From: Williamwhitmania taraxaci
GTDB lineage: Bacteria > Bacteroidota > Bacteroidia > Bacteroidales > Williamwhitmaniaceae
Direction: 5' to 3'
Assembly (NCBI RefSeq): GCF_900096565.1
Contig: NZ_FMYP01000029.1
Location: 22,789-46,788 of the forward strand
Length of the DNA: 24,000 nt
The notes beneath the pieces were generated by a model that did not search any database, was not told where the DNA came from, and saw only the letters and a program-made list of their open reading frames with translations. Both the position numbers and the translations under genes were made by a program. This document shows, in pieces, positions 1 through 10,241 of the stretch (position 1 is its first letter; each line of letters begins with the position of its first letter).

Positions 1-849
1 AACCAAACAGAGTTCGGAGATGGTTCCTGCACCTGCCCGTGAAACCACCAAGTCGGCAGCGGCATAGGCTAAATCCATACTATATATAAAGTCGAAAGCC
101 TTAACGTTGGGAACCGAGTAACTACTTAGCACGCGTCGAGCATCGAAAATATAACTCTTACCCGTTTGCCATATCAGTTGAACATTCGAATGCGCAAGTA
201 AGTCCAGATTCTTAGAAATGCTAGTATTTATGGTTTTGGCACCCAAACTGCCCCCAAGCACCAGAATCGTTTGCTTACAGGGATCGAGATTGAAGAACTC
301 TTGGGCTTCCCGGCGCAGGCCATTAATCTTTCGTTTACTCAAGTCGGATCTCACAGGATTCCCCGTAAGCATTATCTTTTCCTTAGGAAAGAACTTCTCC
401 ATACCCTCGTAAGCCACACATATCTTTTTCGCTCTGCGGGCAAGCAACTTATTGGTTAGCCCAGCAAAGCTATTTTGTTCCTGAATCAGTGTAGGGATTC
501 CCATACCCGAGGCGGCATACAAAGTTGGTCCGCTGGCATAACCGCCCACGCCGACCACCACATCGGGATTGAAATCCTTAATAATCCGACGAGCTTGCCT
601 TAAACTCTTCAATAATTTAAAGGGCACTGCTAGATTCTTTAAGGTAAAACTCCGCTGGATACCAACAACAGGTAAACCAACGATATCGAAACCAGCCGCA
701 GGCACCTTTTCCATTTCCATGCGACCTTCGGCACCAACAAATAAGATTTCAGCATCAGGAACAGCCGCTTTAACTGCCTGAGCAATTGATATGGCAGGAA
801 AGATATGCCCGCCAGTACCACCACCACTAACTATTAGCCTTAATCCCAT
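1..849 (-). CDS. murG: MurG, undecaprenyldiphospho-muramoylpentapeptide beta-N-acetylglucosaminyltransferase. Partial: the N-terminal ~283 aa are present and the C-terminus runs off the window.
   Basis: Absent from the ORF track because it has no stop in the window. Hand translation of the minus strand from the ATG at 849-847 gives MGLRLIVSGGGTGGHIFPAISIAQAVK. Codons 60..1 give AADLVVSRAGAGTISELCLV. Both are classic MurG signatures. The gene follows ftsW as in dcw clusters and overlaps the ftsW stop by 23 nt. Confidence 0.85.
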   Translation of the reverse strand, partial: MGLRLIVSGGGTGGHIFPAISIAQAVKAAVPDAEILFVGAEGRMEMEKVPAAGFDIVGLPVVGIQRSFTLKNLAVPFKLLKSLRQARRIIKDFNPDVVVGVGGYASGPTLYAASGMGIPTLIQEQNSFAGLTNKLLARRAKKICVAYEGMEKFFPKEKIMLTGNPVRSDLSKRKINGLRREAQEFFNLDPCKQTILVLGGSLGAKTINTSISKNLDLLAHSNVQLIWQTGKSYIFDARRVLSSYSVPNVKAFDFIYSMDLAYAAADLVVSRAGAGTISELCLV

Positions 850-2002
850 CTTCTTCAATTTTTTTATCATTTTCGGCCTCTTCCATACTACGGCTCACGC
901 TCAATATAATCCCTAGAGCTAAGCTGGTAAAGAGAAGAGAACTACCTCCCATACTAACCATTGGCAATGGCTGCCCTGTAACGGGAAAGAGGTGTACCGC
1001 CACAGCCATGTTCACCAATGCCTGAAATACAAGCATTAAGGTGAGTCCTACCGCTAAAAAGGCAGGGAACGTTCGCTTACTTTTTCGGACAATTACGCCC
1101 GCCCTAAAGAGCAGAAACAGATATAGGAATAATACAATTACGCCGCCTACTATTCCATATTCTTCAATTATAATGGCATAAATAAAGTCGGAGTATGGGT
1201 GAGGTAAATAATTTCGCTGTGTGCTATTTCCAGGACCCTTGCCAAAAATACCGCCAGTAGCAATAGCGATCTTTCCCTGCTCCACTTGGTATCCTGGACC
1301 TCCATCCTTCGAACCCACAAAGCGTTCGATACGGCTCTGCCAAGTACCAATACGACCTCCTTGAGAGGTTTTTGAGGCAATAAGAATAAACAGTCCAAAC
1401 GCTACAACTGCAATCCCCACCAGCATACCCAAATGCTTCATGCTGATGCGACCAATGAAAAGAAGTAGCATACAGACTAACCCCAATAAGGCTGCAGTCG
1501 AAAAGTTTGCAGGCAAAATGAGCAGGCAAACAATCCCAATATGTGCAATGAGCGGAAGAAAAGTTCCCTTAAAGTCTTTTATTTGATCTTGCTTTTGCGC
1601 CAACATCTTTGAGACAAAGATTATTAGGGCAAGCTTTGCCAAGTCGGAGGTTTGAATAGTAAAGCCCAAACCAGGAATCACCAGCCACCGCGATGCTTGG
1701 TTAAGATTTGCACCAAAGAGCAAGGTAAACAACAGTAGCGGAATGCTAGCATACAGAAGTATTTTGCCAAACTTGGAGAAAAGGCGATAAGGCATCAGGT
1801 GAGCAAAATACATAATCATGAACCCTACACCCAAAAACATCAGCTGCTTCAGAAAGTAATAGGTAGTATTTCCCTCCTTGAAACGATAAGCAAGCGTACC
1901 AGTAGCCGAATAGACAACCAGCAGTGATACTATCATCAGCAAGAAGGCAACCATCCAGATAATTCTGTCGCCCTTAAAGTATGTTGGCAGTGCTGTTTTC
2001 AC
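827..2002 (-). CDS. ftsW: FtsW/RodA/SpoVE (SEDS) family cell-division peptidoglycan polymerase
   Basis: 391-aa polytopic membrane protein with the SEDS-like motifs PHPYSDFIYAIIIEEYG and SMGGSSLL. It sits between murD and murG. The start is GTG at 2002; the KGDRIIW segment typical of the family lies just after it. Confidence 0.85.
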   Translation of the reverse strand: MKTALPTYFKGDRIIWMVAFLLMIVSLLVVYSATGTLAYRFKEGNTTYYFLKQLMFLGVGFMIMYFAHLMPYRLFSKFGKILLYASIPLLLFTLLFGANLNQASRWLVIPGLGFTIQTSDLAKLALIIFVSKMLAQKQDQIKDFKGTFLPLIAHIGIVCLLILPANFSTAALLGLVCMLLLFIGRISMKHLGMLVGIAVVAFGLFILIASKTSQGGRIGTWQSRIERFVGSKDGGPGYQVEQGKIAIATGGIFGKGPGNSTQRNYLPHPYSDFIYAIIIEEYGIVGGVIVLFLYLFLLFRAGVIVRKSKRTFPAFLAVGLTLMLVFQALVNMAVAVHLFPVTGQPLPMVSMGGSSLLFTSLALGIILSVSRSMEEAENDKKIEEDGIKANS

Positions 2003-2080
2003 TCAACAATTAGTTACATTGATAAACTCTCCCAACTTTTCCTCACCTATTGGAGTGGAACTGTTGGAAAACAAATGCAT

Positions 2081-3412
2081 TTATAGTTTCCGAGCAGCTT
2101 CCTTAAACTGGAGGCCCCGGTCTTCATAATTCTCAAACAAATCGAAGCTAGCGCAAGCAGGCGAAAGGAGCACAGTATCGCCCTTTTCCGCAAGTTCATA
2201 CGACCGCTTCACCGCCTCCTCGGCCGACTTTGCATCGACAATAGTGGCGATAACACCATCAAAAGCAGCATGAATCTTGGCATTGTCCACACCAAGGCAA
2301 ACGATTGCCCTCACCTTTTGCTTCACCAATTCCATCAGTTCATTATAGTCGTTGCCCTTATCAACACCTCCAACAATCCACACAACTGGTGTGGTCATAC
2401 TTTCGAGGGCATACCAAGACGAATTGATATTCGTAGCCTTGGAATCGTTAATAAAGGTAATACCTCGCACCTTAACCACCGGCTCGAGGCGATGCTCTAC
2501 CCCTTGGAAGTTGGCGAGACTATCGCGAATAAACTCTTTTCTAAGGTGCAAAACATGGCCGGCAACAGCAGCAGCCATGGAGTTGTAAACGTTATGCTTA
2601 CCTTTTAATGCCAGCTCTTCAATATTCATACTGAATTCAGAGTTGTTATATTTTACATGCAACGATGTTCCATCACTATAGGCTCCATTTTCTACCGGCC
2701 CGTTAAGGGAAAATGGCAGATATTCGGCTTCGTTTTGATATTCGGGTAAGTACTTCAACGTCTCGGGATCGTCGGCACAGTATAGAAAGGAGTCGCCCTT
2801 CCCCATATTCTGCACCACCCTAAACTTCGAACGGGAGTAATTCTCCATGATATATTCATACCGATCGAGATGATCGGGGGTAATGTTCATCAGAATTGCG
2901 ATATCGGCCTTAAACTCATACATGCCATCGAGTTGAAAGCTGCTGAGTTCAATAACGTAGTAATCATAATTCTCCAACGCAACCTGCAGAGCAAAGCTTT
3001 GACCAATATTCCCAGCCAAGCCTACGTTGAGTCCTGCCGACTTCAGCATATGGTATATTAGACTTGTAGTTGTAGTCTTACCGTTACTGCCAGTAATACA
3101 AATCGTTGTAGCCTTGCAATACCTGCCAGCAAACTCAATCTCAGAGATTACAGGAATATGTTTTGCTTTAAGAGCCTTAACAATAGGAACTTTATCAGGA
3201 ATGCCGGGACTCTTCACCACCTCGTCGGCGGCAAGAATAATTTCTTGCGAATGCTGTTGCTCCTCCCAAGTAATTCCATGAGCGTTCAGCAAATCTTTGT
3301 ATTCCTTTTTTATTGGTCCAAAATCGGAAACAAAAACCTCAAAACCCTTAAGTTTTGCAAGCACTGCGGTACCAGCTCCGCTCTCCCCTGCTCCTAACAC
3401 AACCAGCTTCAT
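2081..3412 (-). CDS. murD: UDP-N-acetylmuramoylalanine--D-glutamate ligase
   Basis: 443 aa. N-terminal Rossmann motif VLGAGESGAG and Mur-ligase P-loop ITGSNGKTTTT. dcw position between mraY and ftsW. Confidence 0.9.
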   Translation of the reverse strand: MKLVVLGAGESGAGTAVLAKLKGFEVFVSDFGPIKKEYKDLLNAHGITWEEQQHSQEIILAADEVVKSPGIPDKVPIVKALKAKHIPVISEIEFAGRYCKATTICITGSNGKTTTTSLIYHMLKSAGLNVGLAGNIGQSFALQVALENYDYYVIELSSFQLDGMYEFKADIAILMNITPDHLDRYEYIMENYSRSKFRVVQNMGKGDSFLYCADDPETLKYLPEYQNEAEYLPFSLNGPVENGAYSDGTSLHVKYNNSEFSMNIEELALKGKHNVYNSMAAAVAGHVLHLRKEFIRDSLANFQGVEHRLEPVVKVRGITFINDSKATNINSSWYALESMTTPVVWIVGGVDKGNDYNELMELVKQKVRAIVCLGVDNAKIHAAFDGVIATIVDAKSAEEAVKRSYELAEKGDTVLLSPACASFDLFENYEDRGLQFKEAARKL

Positions 3413-3414
3413 GG

Positions 3415-4668
3415 TTAGCGAATCTTTAGTGTAACAATGGTAACTACAGCTAACATAATGGCAATGATCCAGAAGCGCGTAACAATCTTTGGTTCTGGAT
3501 AACCTTTCTTCTGATAGTGGTGATGCAAGGGAGACATAAGAAACAGCCTACGCCCTTCTCCATATTTACGTTTAGTATGCTTGAAATATGATACCTGAAG
3601 CATTACCGATATACTTTCGACAAAGAATACGCCGCACAATATTGGAATAAGCAACTCCTTGCGCACCATGATGGCGAAAACAGCAATAATTCCGCCTAAG
3701 GCTAAACTGCCCGTATCGCCCATAAATACTTGAGCGGGGTAAGAGTTATACCAGAGAAATCCCACCGTTGCGCCAATTAATGCAGCAACAAACACAACCA
3801 ATTCCCCCGAATGCGGGATATACATTATGTGAAGGTAATCGGCAAAAATTACGTTACCCGATAAGTAGGCAAATATCCCCAAGGTGACACCAATAATGGC
3901 CGAGACCCCGGTGGCCAACCCATCCAGCCCATCGGTGAGGTTTGCTCCGTTCGAAACTGCAGTAATAATAAAGATACAGGCAGCCACAAACACCAACCAC
4001 GACCACTTTTCGGCTGTTTCGTGAGGTAGAAAAAAGAGAATATCGGCGTAATCGAACTCGTTGTTTTTTACAAACGGTATAGTCGTTTGGGTTGTTTTCT
4101 TTTCGGGGCCTAGGAAAACAGTGCGCTGCTCTGTAGCATCCATGGTGGAAACCACTTGCACTTCGGAACCGGGGGTGGTCATGGAGGTCTTTTCGCGAAC
4201 CACCACATCGTTGCTCATGTAAAGCGTTAAGCCTACCATCAGGCCTAAGATCACCTGTCCAAGGATTTTCATCTTTCCCGATAAGCCCGCCTTATTCTTG
4301 CGGAATACCTTTATATAATCGTCGGCAAAACCTACAGCCCCCATCCAAATGGTGGTAGCAATAAGCAGCAAAATGTATACGTTGGTTAAATCGGCCAACA
4401 GAAGGGTTGGGATTAAAATGGCAGCAAGGATAATCAAACCACCCATGGTAGGAGTCCCCCTTTTCTGCATTTGCCCTTCCAGACCCAAATCGCGAATTTC
4501 CTCTCCAATTTGAGAGCGTTGTAAGTAGCGAATTATGACCTTGCCAAAGAACAGCGTAAATAGCAAGGAGATAATAATAGCCAATGCCGACCGGAAGGAT
4601 AGGTAGTGAAACAACCGTGCTCCCGGGAAATTGAACTGCTGTAGATAGTTGAATAGATGGTATAACAT
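3415..4668 (-). CDS. mraY: Phospho-N-acetylmuramoyl-pentapeptide transferase
   Basis: 417-aa membrane protein with the MraY hallmarks GTPTMGG and [13 protein letters not shown]. dcw position. Confidence 0.9.
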   Translation of the reverse strand: MLYHLFNYLQQFNFPGARLFHYLSFRSALAIIISLLFTLFFGKVIIRYLQRSQIGEEIRDLGLEGQMQKRGTPTMGGLIILAAILIPTLLLADLTNVYILLLIATTIWMGAVGFADDYIKVFRKNKAGLSGKMKILGQVILGLMVGLTLYMSNDVVVREKTSMTTPGSEVQVVSTMDATEQRTVFLGPEKKTTQTTIPFVKNNEFDYADILFFLPHETAEKWSWLVFVAACIFIITAVSNGANLTDGLDGLATGVSAIIGVTLGIFAYLSGNVIFADYLHIMYIPHSGELVVFVAALIGATVGFLWYNSYPAQVFMGDTGSLALGGIIAVFAIMVRKELLIPILCGVFFVESISVMLQVSYFKHTKRKYGEGRRLFLMSPLHHHYQKKGYPEPKIVTRFWIIAIMLAVVTIVTLKIR

Positions 4669-4677
4669 ATCCTCAGA

Positions 4678-6138
4678 TTAAATACTTTCAAATACTTCTC
4701 TCAAAACCTCTTTGTCGTCGAAGTGATGTTTCACCCCGTTGATTTCCTGGTAGGTCTCATGACCTTTCCCGGCAACCAGAATAATATCGTTGGCACGGGA
4801 TATGGCACAAGCAGTCTTAATTGCTTCCTTCCTATCCACAATCACCAATACCTTGGCAGCACTGCCTTCGGGGATTCCCGCCTTCATATCGTCAAGGATA
4901 TCCTCAGCACGCTCATTTCTTGGATTATCGGAAGTGAGAATTACCATGTCGCTATTCTCTACGGCAATACGAGCCATCACAGGACGCTTGGTTTTGTCTC
5001 GGTTTCCGCCAGCACCTACCACCGTAATGAACTTCTGCTCCGGCTTGCGAATCTTGTTGATTGTGGAAACCACGTTCAGCAAGGCATCGGGAGTGTGTGC
5101 GTAATCTACAATAGCGGTAATCTTCTGCTTCGATCTAACGTATTCAAATCGTCCCGAGACAGGAGTCATCGCGCTAAGCACAGTGAGCATCTCCTCCTTA
5201 GCAAATCCCAAAAGAATGCCAGTGGAATACACGGCCAATAGGTTGTAGGCATTAAACTCCCCAATAAAGCGAGTCCATACTTCCAAGCCATCAATCTTCA
5301 GCTGCATGCCGTCAAAATCGTTCTCAATAATCTTACACTTAAAGTCGGAGGCCGATTTAAGCGAATAGGAATGTACCGATGCCTTTGTATTTTGAACCAT
5401 CACCTTGCCGTTGCGGTCATCGGTGTTGGTAAGAGCAAACGCAGACGCGTCGAGGTCGTCGAAAAACAACTTCTTGGCCTTGATATACTCATCGAAGGTC
5501 TTATGGTAGTCGAGGTGATCGTGGGTAATGTTGCTGAATACTGCACCGGCAAACTTCAACCCGGCAATGCGTCGCTGCACAATAGCGTGCGAACTAACCT
5601 CCATAAAGCAGTAGCTACATCCCTCATCTACCATCTCCCTAAGCAGCTTATTTAACTCAACGGCATCGGGAGTAGTATGGGTGGCATCCAAGACTCTATC
5701 TTCAATATAGTTGGCAACGGTGGAGAGTAATCCTGCCTTGTAGCCCATCGATCGCACGGCATTAAACAGCAGTGTTGCAGTGGTGGTTTTACCATTGGTT
5801 CCGGTAATCCCTACCAGCTTAAGCTCCTTCGAAGGAAATTCGTAAAAGGCATCGGCCAAGCGACCAAGGGCCTCCGTAGTATCGGCAACTTTAATATAGG
5901 TAACCTCCGATTCCAACTGCTCCGGCAACGTTTCGCAAACCACAGCCTTTACACCCCTCTTTACCACATCGGCAATATAGGCGTGGCCGTCGGCCTGAGT
6001 TCCCTTAACAGCAACGAAAAGCATACCCTCGGCCGCCTTACGCGAATCGAAGATAATCCCCTCTATAGTGATCGATGTTTGGCCCTTTACCTCCAACACA
6101 GCTACCTGCTTGAGTATATCGTTGAGTTTTGTTGCCAT
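4678..6138 (-). CDS. murE: UDP-N-acetylmuramoyl-L-alanyl-D-glutamate--2,6-diaminopimelate ligase
   Basis: 486 aa. P-loop GITGTNGKTTT and the DNPR motif (TSDNPRNE) typical of meso-DAP-adding MurE. The ATG shares one nucleotide with the ftsI stop (TAATG at 6140-6136). Confidence 0.9.
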   Translation of the reverse strand: MATKLNDILKQVAVLEVKGQTSITIEGIIFDSRKAAEGMLFVAVKGTQADGHAYIADVVKRGVKAVVCETLPEQLESEVTYIKVADTTEALGRLADAFYEFPSKELKLVGITGTNGKTTTATLLFNAVRSMGYKAGLLSTVANYIEDRVLDATHTTPDAVELNKLLREMVDEGCSYCFMEVSSHAIVQRRIAGLKFAGAVFSNITHDHLDYHKTFDEYIKAKKLFFDDLDASAFALTNTDDRNGKVMVQNTKASVHSYSLKSASDFKCKIIENDFDGMQLKIDGLEVWTRFIGEFNAYNLLAVYSTGILLGFAKEEMLTVLSAMTPVSGRFEYVRSKQKITAIVDYAHTPDALLNVVSTINKIRKPEQKFITVVGAGGNRDKTKRPVMARIAVENSDMVILTSDNPRNERAEDILDDMKAGIPEGSAAKVLVIVDRKEAIKTACAISRANDIILVAGKGHETYQEINGVKHHFDDKEVLREVFESI

Positions 6139-8258
6139 TACCTAAGCGTTATATGAATTTGACTTCCTTTAACTACCCTTGTTCCCGACTGTATCGACTG
6201 ACCAACAACCGCCCCATGTCCCGAGAAGTTTACCCGCATGCCTGCATTCTCGAGCAGAAAGAGAGCGTCCTTTAACCCCATATCCATTACGTTTGGTACT
6301 AAGTTTTGTATTATGGTGCGCTTTTTGAACTCCACATAATCGCCCTTGCCTTGGGTGCTGATCCATGTGGTGTTAATCCCATCGTCGTAAACGGGAATAT
6401 CCAAATCGTTACATACCTCTTGAAGGTCTTCACGATAACCGCCCTGCGAAACTGGCATATCAATTGCTTTGCTTGGTCGGCTCAGTGGTTCGTGCCACTC
6501 CAGACTCTTGGCATAAACCTTATCGGCAATCTCCTTAAAGATTGGCCCCGAAACCACATTTCCGTAGTATACCGCATTACTTGGGGAACTAACCACCACA
6601 ATGCAGCTATACTTAGGATCGTTGGCAGGAAAATAACCTACAAATGAAGCCTGATAGGTCTTCTGTCCCTCGTAACCATAACCACCCTTTCCCCGTGCGA
6701 TTTGAGCCGTACCTGTTTTTCCGGCTATTGAGTAGGTATCGTTTTTAAGATTCTTGGCCGTGCCATCGGTTACCACTCCTTCGAGAATACGCCTCACCTT
6801 ACGCAGCGTGGAGCGATTACAAATGCTTGAGGTCAATACCTCAGTACTAAATGTCCGGATAGTGCTGCCGTGCTTACGTAACTCCTTAACGAATAAAGGC
6901 TTCACCATTTTGCCACCATTAGCAATTGCATTATAAAAGGTGAGCGTTTGTAGGGGAGTAACCCTCACTTCGTAACCTATAGACATCATGGGTAGCGAAA
7001 CACCCGACCAATACTTATCGCCTGGATACTTAATTTCGGGAGGAACCTCACCCTTTATCTGAAGGTTGAGCGGCTCATTCACCTTCATGCTATATAGCCT
7101 ATCGATGAAGCTTGTCTCCTTACCCTTGTAGTGCTTAATCATGAGCTTGGCTACGCCCACATTCGACGAAAGTTCAAACACCTGCTGCACCGAAAGTTTT
7201 CCTAGCCCGCCCTCATGGGAATCAACGATCCACTTGTCGAAGTAAAGGAACCGCCCATTTTCCGTATCCACGGAATCATCGAGATCCACATATCCATCTT
7301 CGAGCAGTGCAATCAACGAGGCAATTTTGAATGTAGAGCCGGGTTCGGTGCTTTCCGCAATAGCGTAGTTGTATGCCTCGGAATAGCTTCCATCGCTGTC
7401 ACGCTTAAGGTTTGCAATGGCGCGTATTTCACCGGTTTCCACTTCCATAAGGACTACTGAGCCATGCTCGGCATTATGTGCCGAAAGCTGCTTGCGCAAT
7501 GCGTTTTGTGCTACGTCCTGAAGGTCGATATCGAGCGTAGTAACCACATCAATCCCATCCTCAGGGCTGATTGCCTCATCGCTATTTACGGGAATCCAAG
7601 TCTTTCCTGCAATACGCTGGGCCAATACCAATCCAGCTTTTCCCTTTAACTCATGGTTGAAGGAGCCTTCAATACCAACCGCAACACCGCTTTCGTTAAC
7701 GCCTCCAATGGTTCGCGCCGCCAAGTAGTCGTTGGTTCGAATCCGTCGATTGACCTGAACAGGCATAAATCCCCCTACATTCTTCGGTAACCGAAGAATA
7801 GGAAAGGTCATAAGCCGCTTTAATTCAATATAGTTTACCAGCCGAGGATGAATCATAAAGTAGCGCGATCCCTTATCGTGCTTCCTTCCATTCACCAAAA
7901 AGGAGCGGTAGCTATAGGCCGATCTATCGCCAAACATCCGAGCAAGGCAATAGGCCAAGGAGTCAACCTTGTCGTAGAAAATTTCGTTGGTCAATCCAGC
8001 TGCGCGAAGGTCTATCCGCACCTCGTAGTATGGCACCGAGGTGGAGAGCAACCTACCATCCATGGCCAAGATATCGCCACGGCTGGGCTCAATAGCAAGT
8101 TCTCTGAATGTAATATTCTGTGCCTTCTCACGTAGTCCTGGTCCCTCAACAAACTGGATGTAAATAGCCTTGCCAATGATGAGCATCCCCATCATTAACA
8201 CGAAGAAGTAGACTGCTGCTACTCTCCAAACTACATCCGATTTAATTGAACCTGCCAT
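6138..8258 (-). CDS. ftsI: Class B penicillin-binding protein / division transpeptidase (PBP3-like)
   Basis: 706 aa with an N-terminal TM helix. Transpeptidase triad motifs are STFK (GSTFKIASL), SSN (LSSNVG) and KTGT (AGKTGTA). C-terminal PASTA-like tail. dcw position. Confidence 0.9.
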   Translation of the reverse strand: MAGSIKSDVVWRVAAVYFFVLMMGMLIIGKAIYIQFVEGPGLREKAQNITFRELAIEPSRGDILAMDGRLLSTSVPYYEVRIDLRAAGLTNEIFYDKVDSLAYCLARMFGDRSAYSYRSFLVNGRKHDKGSRYFMIHPRLVNYIELKRLMTFPILRLPKNVGGFMPVQVNRRIRTNDYLAARTIGGVNESGVAVGIEGSFNHELKGKAGLVLAQRIAGKTWIPVNSDEAISPEDGIDVVTTLDIDLQDVAQNALRKQLSAHNAEHGSVVLMEVETGEIRAIANLKRDSDGSYSEAYNYAIAESTEPGSTFKIASLIALLEDGYVDLDDSVDTENGRFLYFDKWIVDSHEGGLGKLSVQQVFELSSNVGVAKLMIKHYKGKETSFIDRLYSMKVNEPLNLQIKGEVPPEIKYPGDKYWSGVSLPMMSIGYEVRVTPLQTLTFYNAIANGGKMVKPLFVKELRKHGSTIRTFSTEVLTSSICNRSTLRKVRRILEGVVTDGTAKNLKNDTYSIAGKTGTAQIARGKGGYGYEGQKTYQASFVGYFPANDPKYSCIVVVSSPSNAVYYGNVVSGPIFKEIADKVYAKSLEWHEPLSRPSKAIDMPVSQGGYREDLQEVCNDLDIPVYDDGINTTWISTQGKGDYVEFKKRTIIQNLVPNVMDMGLKDALFLLENAGMRVNFSGHGAVVGQSIQSGTRVVKGSQIHITLR

Positions 8259-8262
8259 ATAA

Positions 8263-8652
8263 TTACCAAATCGACTTCTTTATCGTTCTAGGTGGTTTAA
8301 CCGATTCTTCCAAATCGATTCCATTATCCCTTACCATGCGCGCCACTTCCGTTTGCCGGCTAATATTCATAAGTTCAGCAGCCGTTGTTATACTCTCGGA
8401 GCGAAGGTTCACCACCTCTTTTCGCAACTTTTCGCTCTCGCTAACGATCCGCTCGGTGCGAAAACGGTTACCAATGTATAATACCGTCAACAGCACAATG
8501 AATCCGAGGTAGGGAATCTGCTTAACAAATGGCTCTTTGGCCAGCATGTTGCCGGTCATTAAACCCTTTAGCGGATTCGACTTCTTTGACCCTTTCTTGG
8601 GCTCCTCGTCGGGGTCCTTCTCAAATTCTACTGGCTTTTCCTTCGCAACCAT
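8263..8652 (-). CDS. FtsL-like small bitopic cell-division protein
   Basis: 129 aa. Charged N-terminus, a single TM helix (IPYLGFIVLLTVLYIG), then a helical/coiled segment. It occupies the ftsL slot between rsmH and ftsI. No catalytic motif, so the call rests on position and architecture. Confidence 0.6.
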   Translation of the reverse strand: MVAKEKPVEFEKDPDEEPKKGSKKSNPLKGLMTGNMLAKEPFVKQIPYLGFIVLLTVLYIGNRFRTERIVSESEKLRKEVVNLRSESITTAAELMNISRQTEVARMVRDNGIDLEESVKPPRTIKKSIW

Positions 8653-8657
8653 ATCCC

Positions 8658-9557
8658 TTACACTTTTTGAACTACCCGTAATCGAGCACTGCGCGCCCGA
8701 GTGTTCCGGTTATTCTCCTCCTCCGAGGGTTCAATGGGCTTGCGGGTTACCAGCACAAATGGGTTGGTAACCTTTCCAAAGAAATCTTTGTCGGCAACCC
8801 CCTCAACATTCCCCGTCTTCATATAGTTTTTTACAAGCCTATCCTCGAGTGAATGGTAGGTAATTACCGCCAAGTAACCGCCCGGACGTAACATTTTACC
8901 CGATTGCTCGAGCATCAGCGCCAGGCTATCCATCTCTCCATTCACTTCGATTCTAATGGCCTGAAATACTTTGGCCAAGAATTTATTCTCCTGCATTTTG
9001 GGAGTCTGAGGCTCAAGCACCCGTATGAACTCCTCCACGGTGTTGATGGGGCCCGACTCCCTTGCGGCAGTTATCAATCCCGCCACCCGATGCGGCTTGT
9101 CCACCTCGCCATAATCCCTAAATATCCGGGTTAATGTTTCGTGTGGATAGCTGTTTATCACCTCTTTGGCCGAGAGAATGGCTGCGGTATTCATCCGCAT
9201 ATCCAAATCACCCTCAAAGCGGAAGGAAAATCCCCGCTCGGGTGTATCAATATGGTGCGACGAAATGCCTAGATCGGCTAGAATACCATCCACCTCCTCA
9301 ATTCCTTGCTGACGGAGATATCCGCGCATATACTTAAAGTTGCCTCGGATAAGCGTTAACCGCTCATCATCGGGCTTATTCTTATGTGCATCTGGGTCTT
9401 GATCGAACGCATAAAGCTTCCCACGGCTATCGAGCCGATGGAGAATCTCCCCCGAATGACCACCACCACCAAAGGTGAGGTCCACGTAAACACCCCCGGG
9501 TTTTATGCCAAGAGCATCCACGCTCTCCTTTAAAAGAACAGGAACATGGTAGCTCAT
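8658..9557 (-). CDS. rsmH: 16S rRNA (cytosine1402-N4)-methyltransferase RsmH/MraW
   Basis: Motifs YHVPVLLKESV, DLTFGGGGHS, DLGISSHHID and ITYHSLEDRLVK. The track start at 9566 is TTG. I prefer the ATG at 9557 (MSYHVPVLL). Confidence 0.9.
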   Translation of the reverse strand: MSYHVPVLLKESVDALGIKPGGVYVDLTFGGGGHSGEILHRLDSRGKLYAFDQDPDAHKNKPDDERLTLIRGNFKYMRGYLRQQGIEEVDGILADLGISSHHIDTPERGFSFRFEGDLDMRMNTAAILSAKEVINSYPHETLTRIFRDYGEVDKPHRVAGLITAARESGPINTVEEFIRVLEPQTPKMQENKFLAKVFQAIRIEVNGEMDSLALMLEQSGKMLRPGGYLAVITYHSLEDRLVKNYMKTGNVEGVADKDFFGKVTNPFVLVTRKPIEPSEEENNRNTRARSARLRVVQKV

Positions 9558-9566
9558 TGCAAACAA

Positions 9567-10031
9567 TTATTGATTAATACCTCCTAAAATACTCTCTGCA
9601 AGCGCTGCAAAATCTTGTTCAGGTTGGCTTACCTTCTCGTAACGCTCCTTATCCCATATCTCAATCTTGCCATCCTGCCCTGCCAACACCAACTCCTTGC
9701 CCGCTTCAATGGTTTCGAGCAACCGTTTGGGCAGCAGCAATCGGCCTCCCGAATCGAGTTGCACCTCGGCCGTTCCCCTGAAGAATTCCCGCAAAAACAG
9801 GTTGTGCTGCTTATTGTAAGGGTTCACCGATGCGCGAATTATTGCGCACTGACGCTCCCACTCCTCTCCCGGGTATAGCACCAAACATTTCTCAAAAATG
9901 TCTTTCTTTACAACGAAGTTATCGGGCGTAGACGAGGCGGCAAGCTGCTTTTTGAAGGCCGCCGGTAGTAAAACCCGCCCCTTCTCATCAACCTTGCATA
10001 CATAATCGCCTATAAAAGTTGTCATTGCCAT
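9567..10031 (-). CDS. mraZ: Transcriptional regulator MraZ
   Basis: Two SpoVT/AbrB-like halves, each with a DxxxR motif (DEKGRVLLP and DSGGRLLLP). First gene of the dcw operon. The track start at 10082 would run through the promoter and operator repeats, so I prefer the ATG at 10031 (or 10025). Confidence 0.85.
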   Translation of the reverse strand: MAMTTFIGDYVCKVDEKGRVLLPAAFKKQLAASSTPDNFVVKKDIFEKCLVLYPGEEWERQCAIIRASVNPYNKQHNLFLREFFRGTAEVQLDSGGRLLLPKRLLETIEAGKELVLAGQDGKIEIWDKERYEKVSQPEQDFAALAESILGGINQ

Positions 10032-10067
10032 TACACTTCTTGTGAAAGTAAAGTTAGGACAAAAATA

Positions 10068-10105
10068 CCCACTTTTATACACATTATCCCACTTTCACCC
10101 ACTTT
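10068..10105 (-). promoter_or_regulatory. Three direct repeats of AAAGTGGG (read on the minus strand): candidate MraZ operator upstream of the dcw promoter
   Basis: The plus strand shows CCCACTTT at 10068-10075, 10088-10095 and 10098-10105, with 20- and 10-bp spacing (helical phasing). A -7-like box TAACTTTA (minus strand, 10049-10056) lies just downstream. MraZ of E. coli and Mollicutes is known to bind phased GTGGG/GTG-containing repeats at its own promoter. Confidence 0.6.
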
Positions 10106-10213
10106 GTTGATAACTTTTCGTCATAATATTCGAATCGATTAGCAACTGCGGTAATCTCAAGCACTTTGTTAACTTGGTGTTGAGAATACGTAGTGACGGA
10201 TTAATAAATATTT

Positions 10214-10221
10214 TACCTTTG
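10214..10221 (+). promoter_or_regulatory. Bacteroidetes-type -7 promoter box TACCTTTG for the acyltransferase operon
   Basis: Exact match to TAnnTTTG, 20 nt upstream of the ATG at 10242. It overlaps the GTG at 10221 that the ORF track uses as a start, which argues against that start. Confidence 0.45.
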
Positions 10222-10241
10222 TGAATTTAACCGTTGTGAAC

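Noticed and set aside
3412-4680. Absence of murF between murE and mraY as a deletion or anomaly
   Set aside because: murE and mraY are separated by only 9 nt with no remnant sequence. To my knowledge, Bacteroidota dcw clusters normally lack murF at this position, so this is the expected lineage-typical order.
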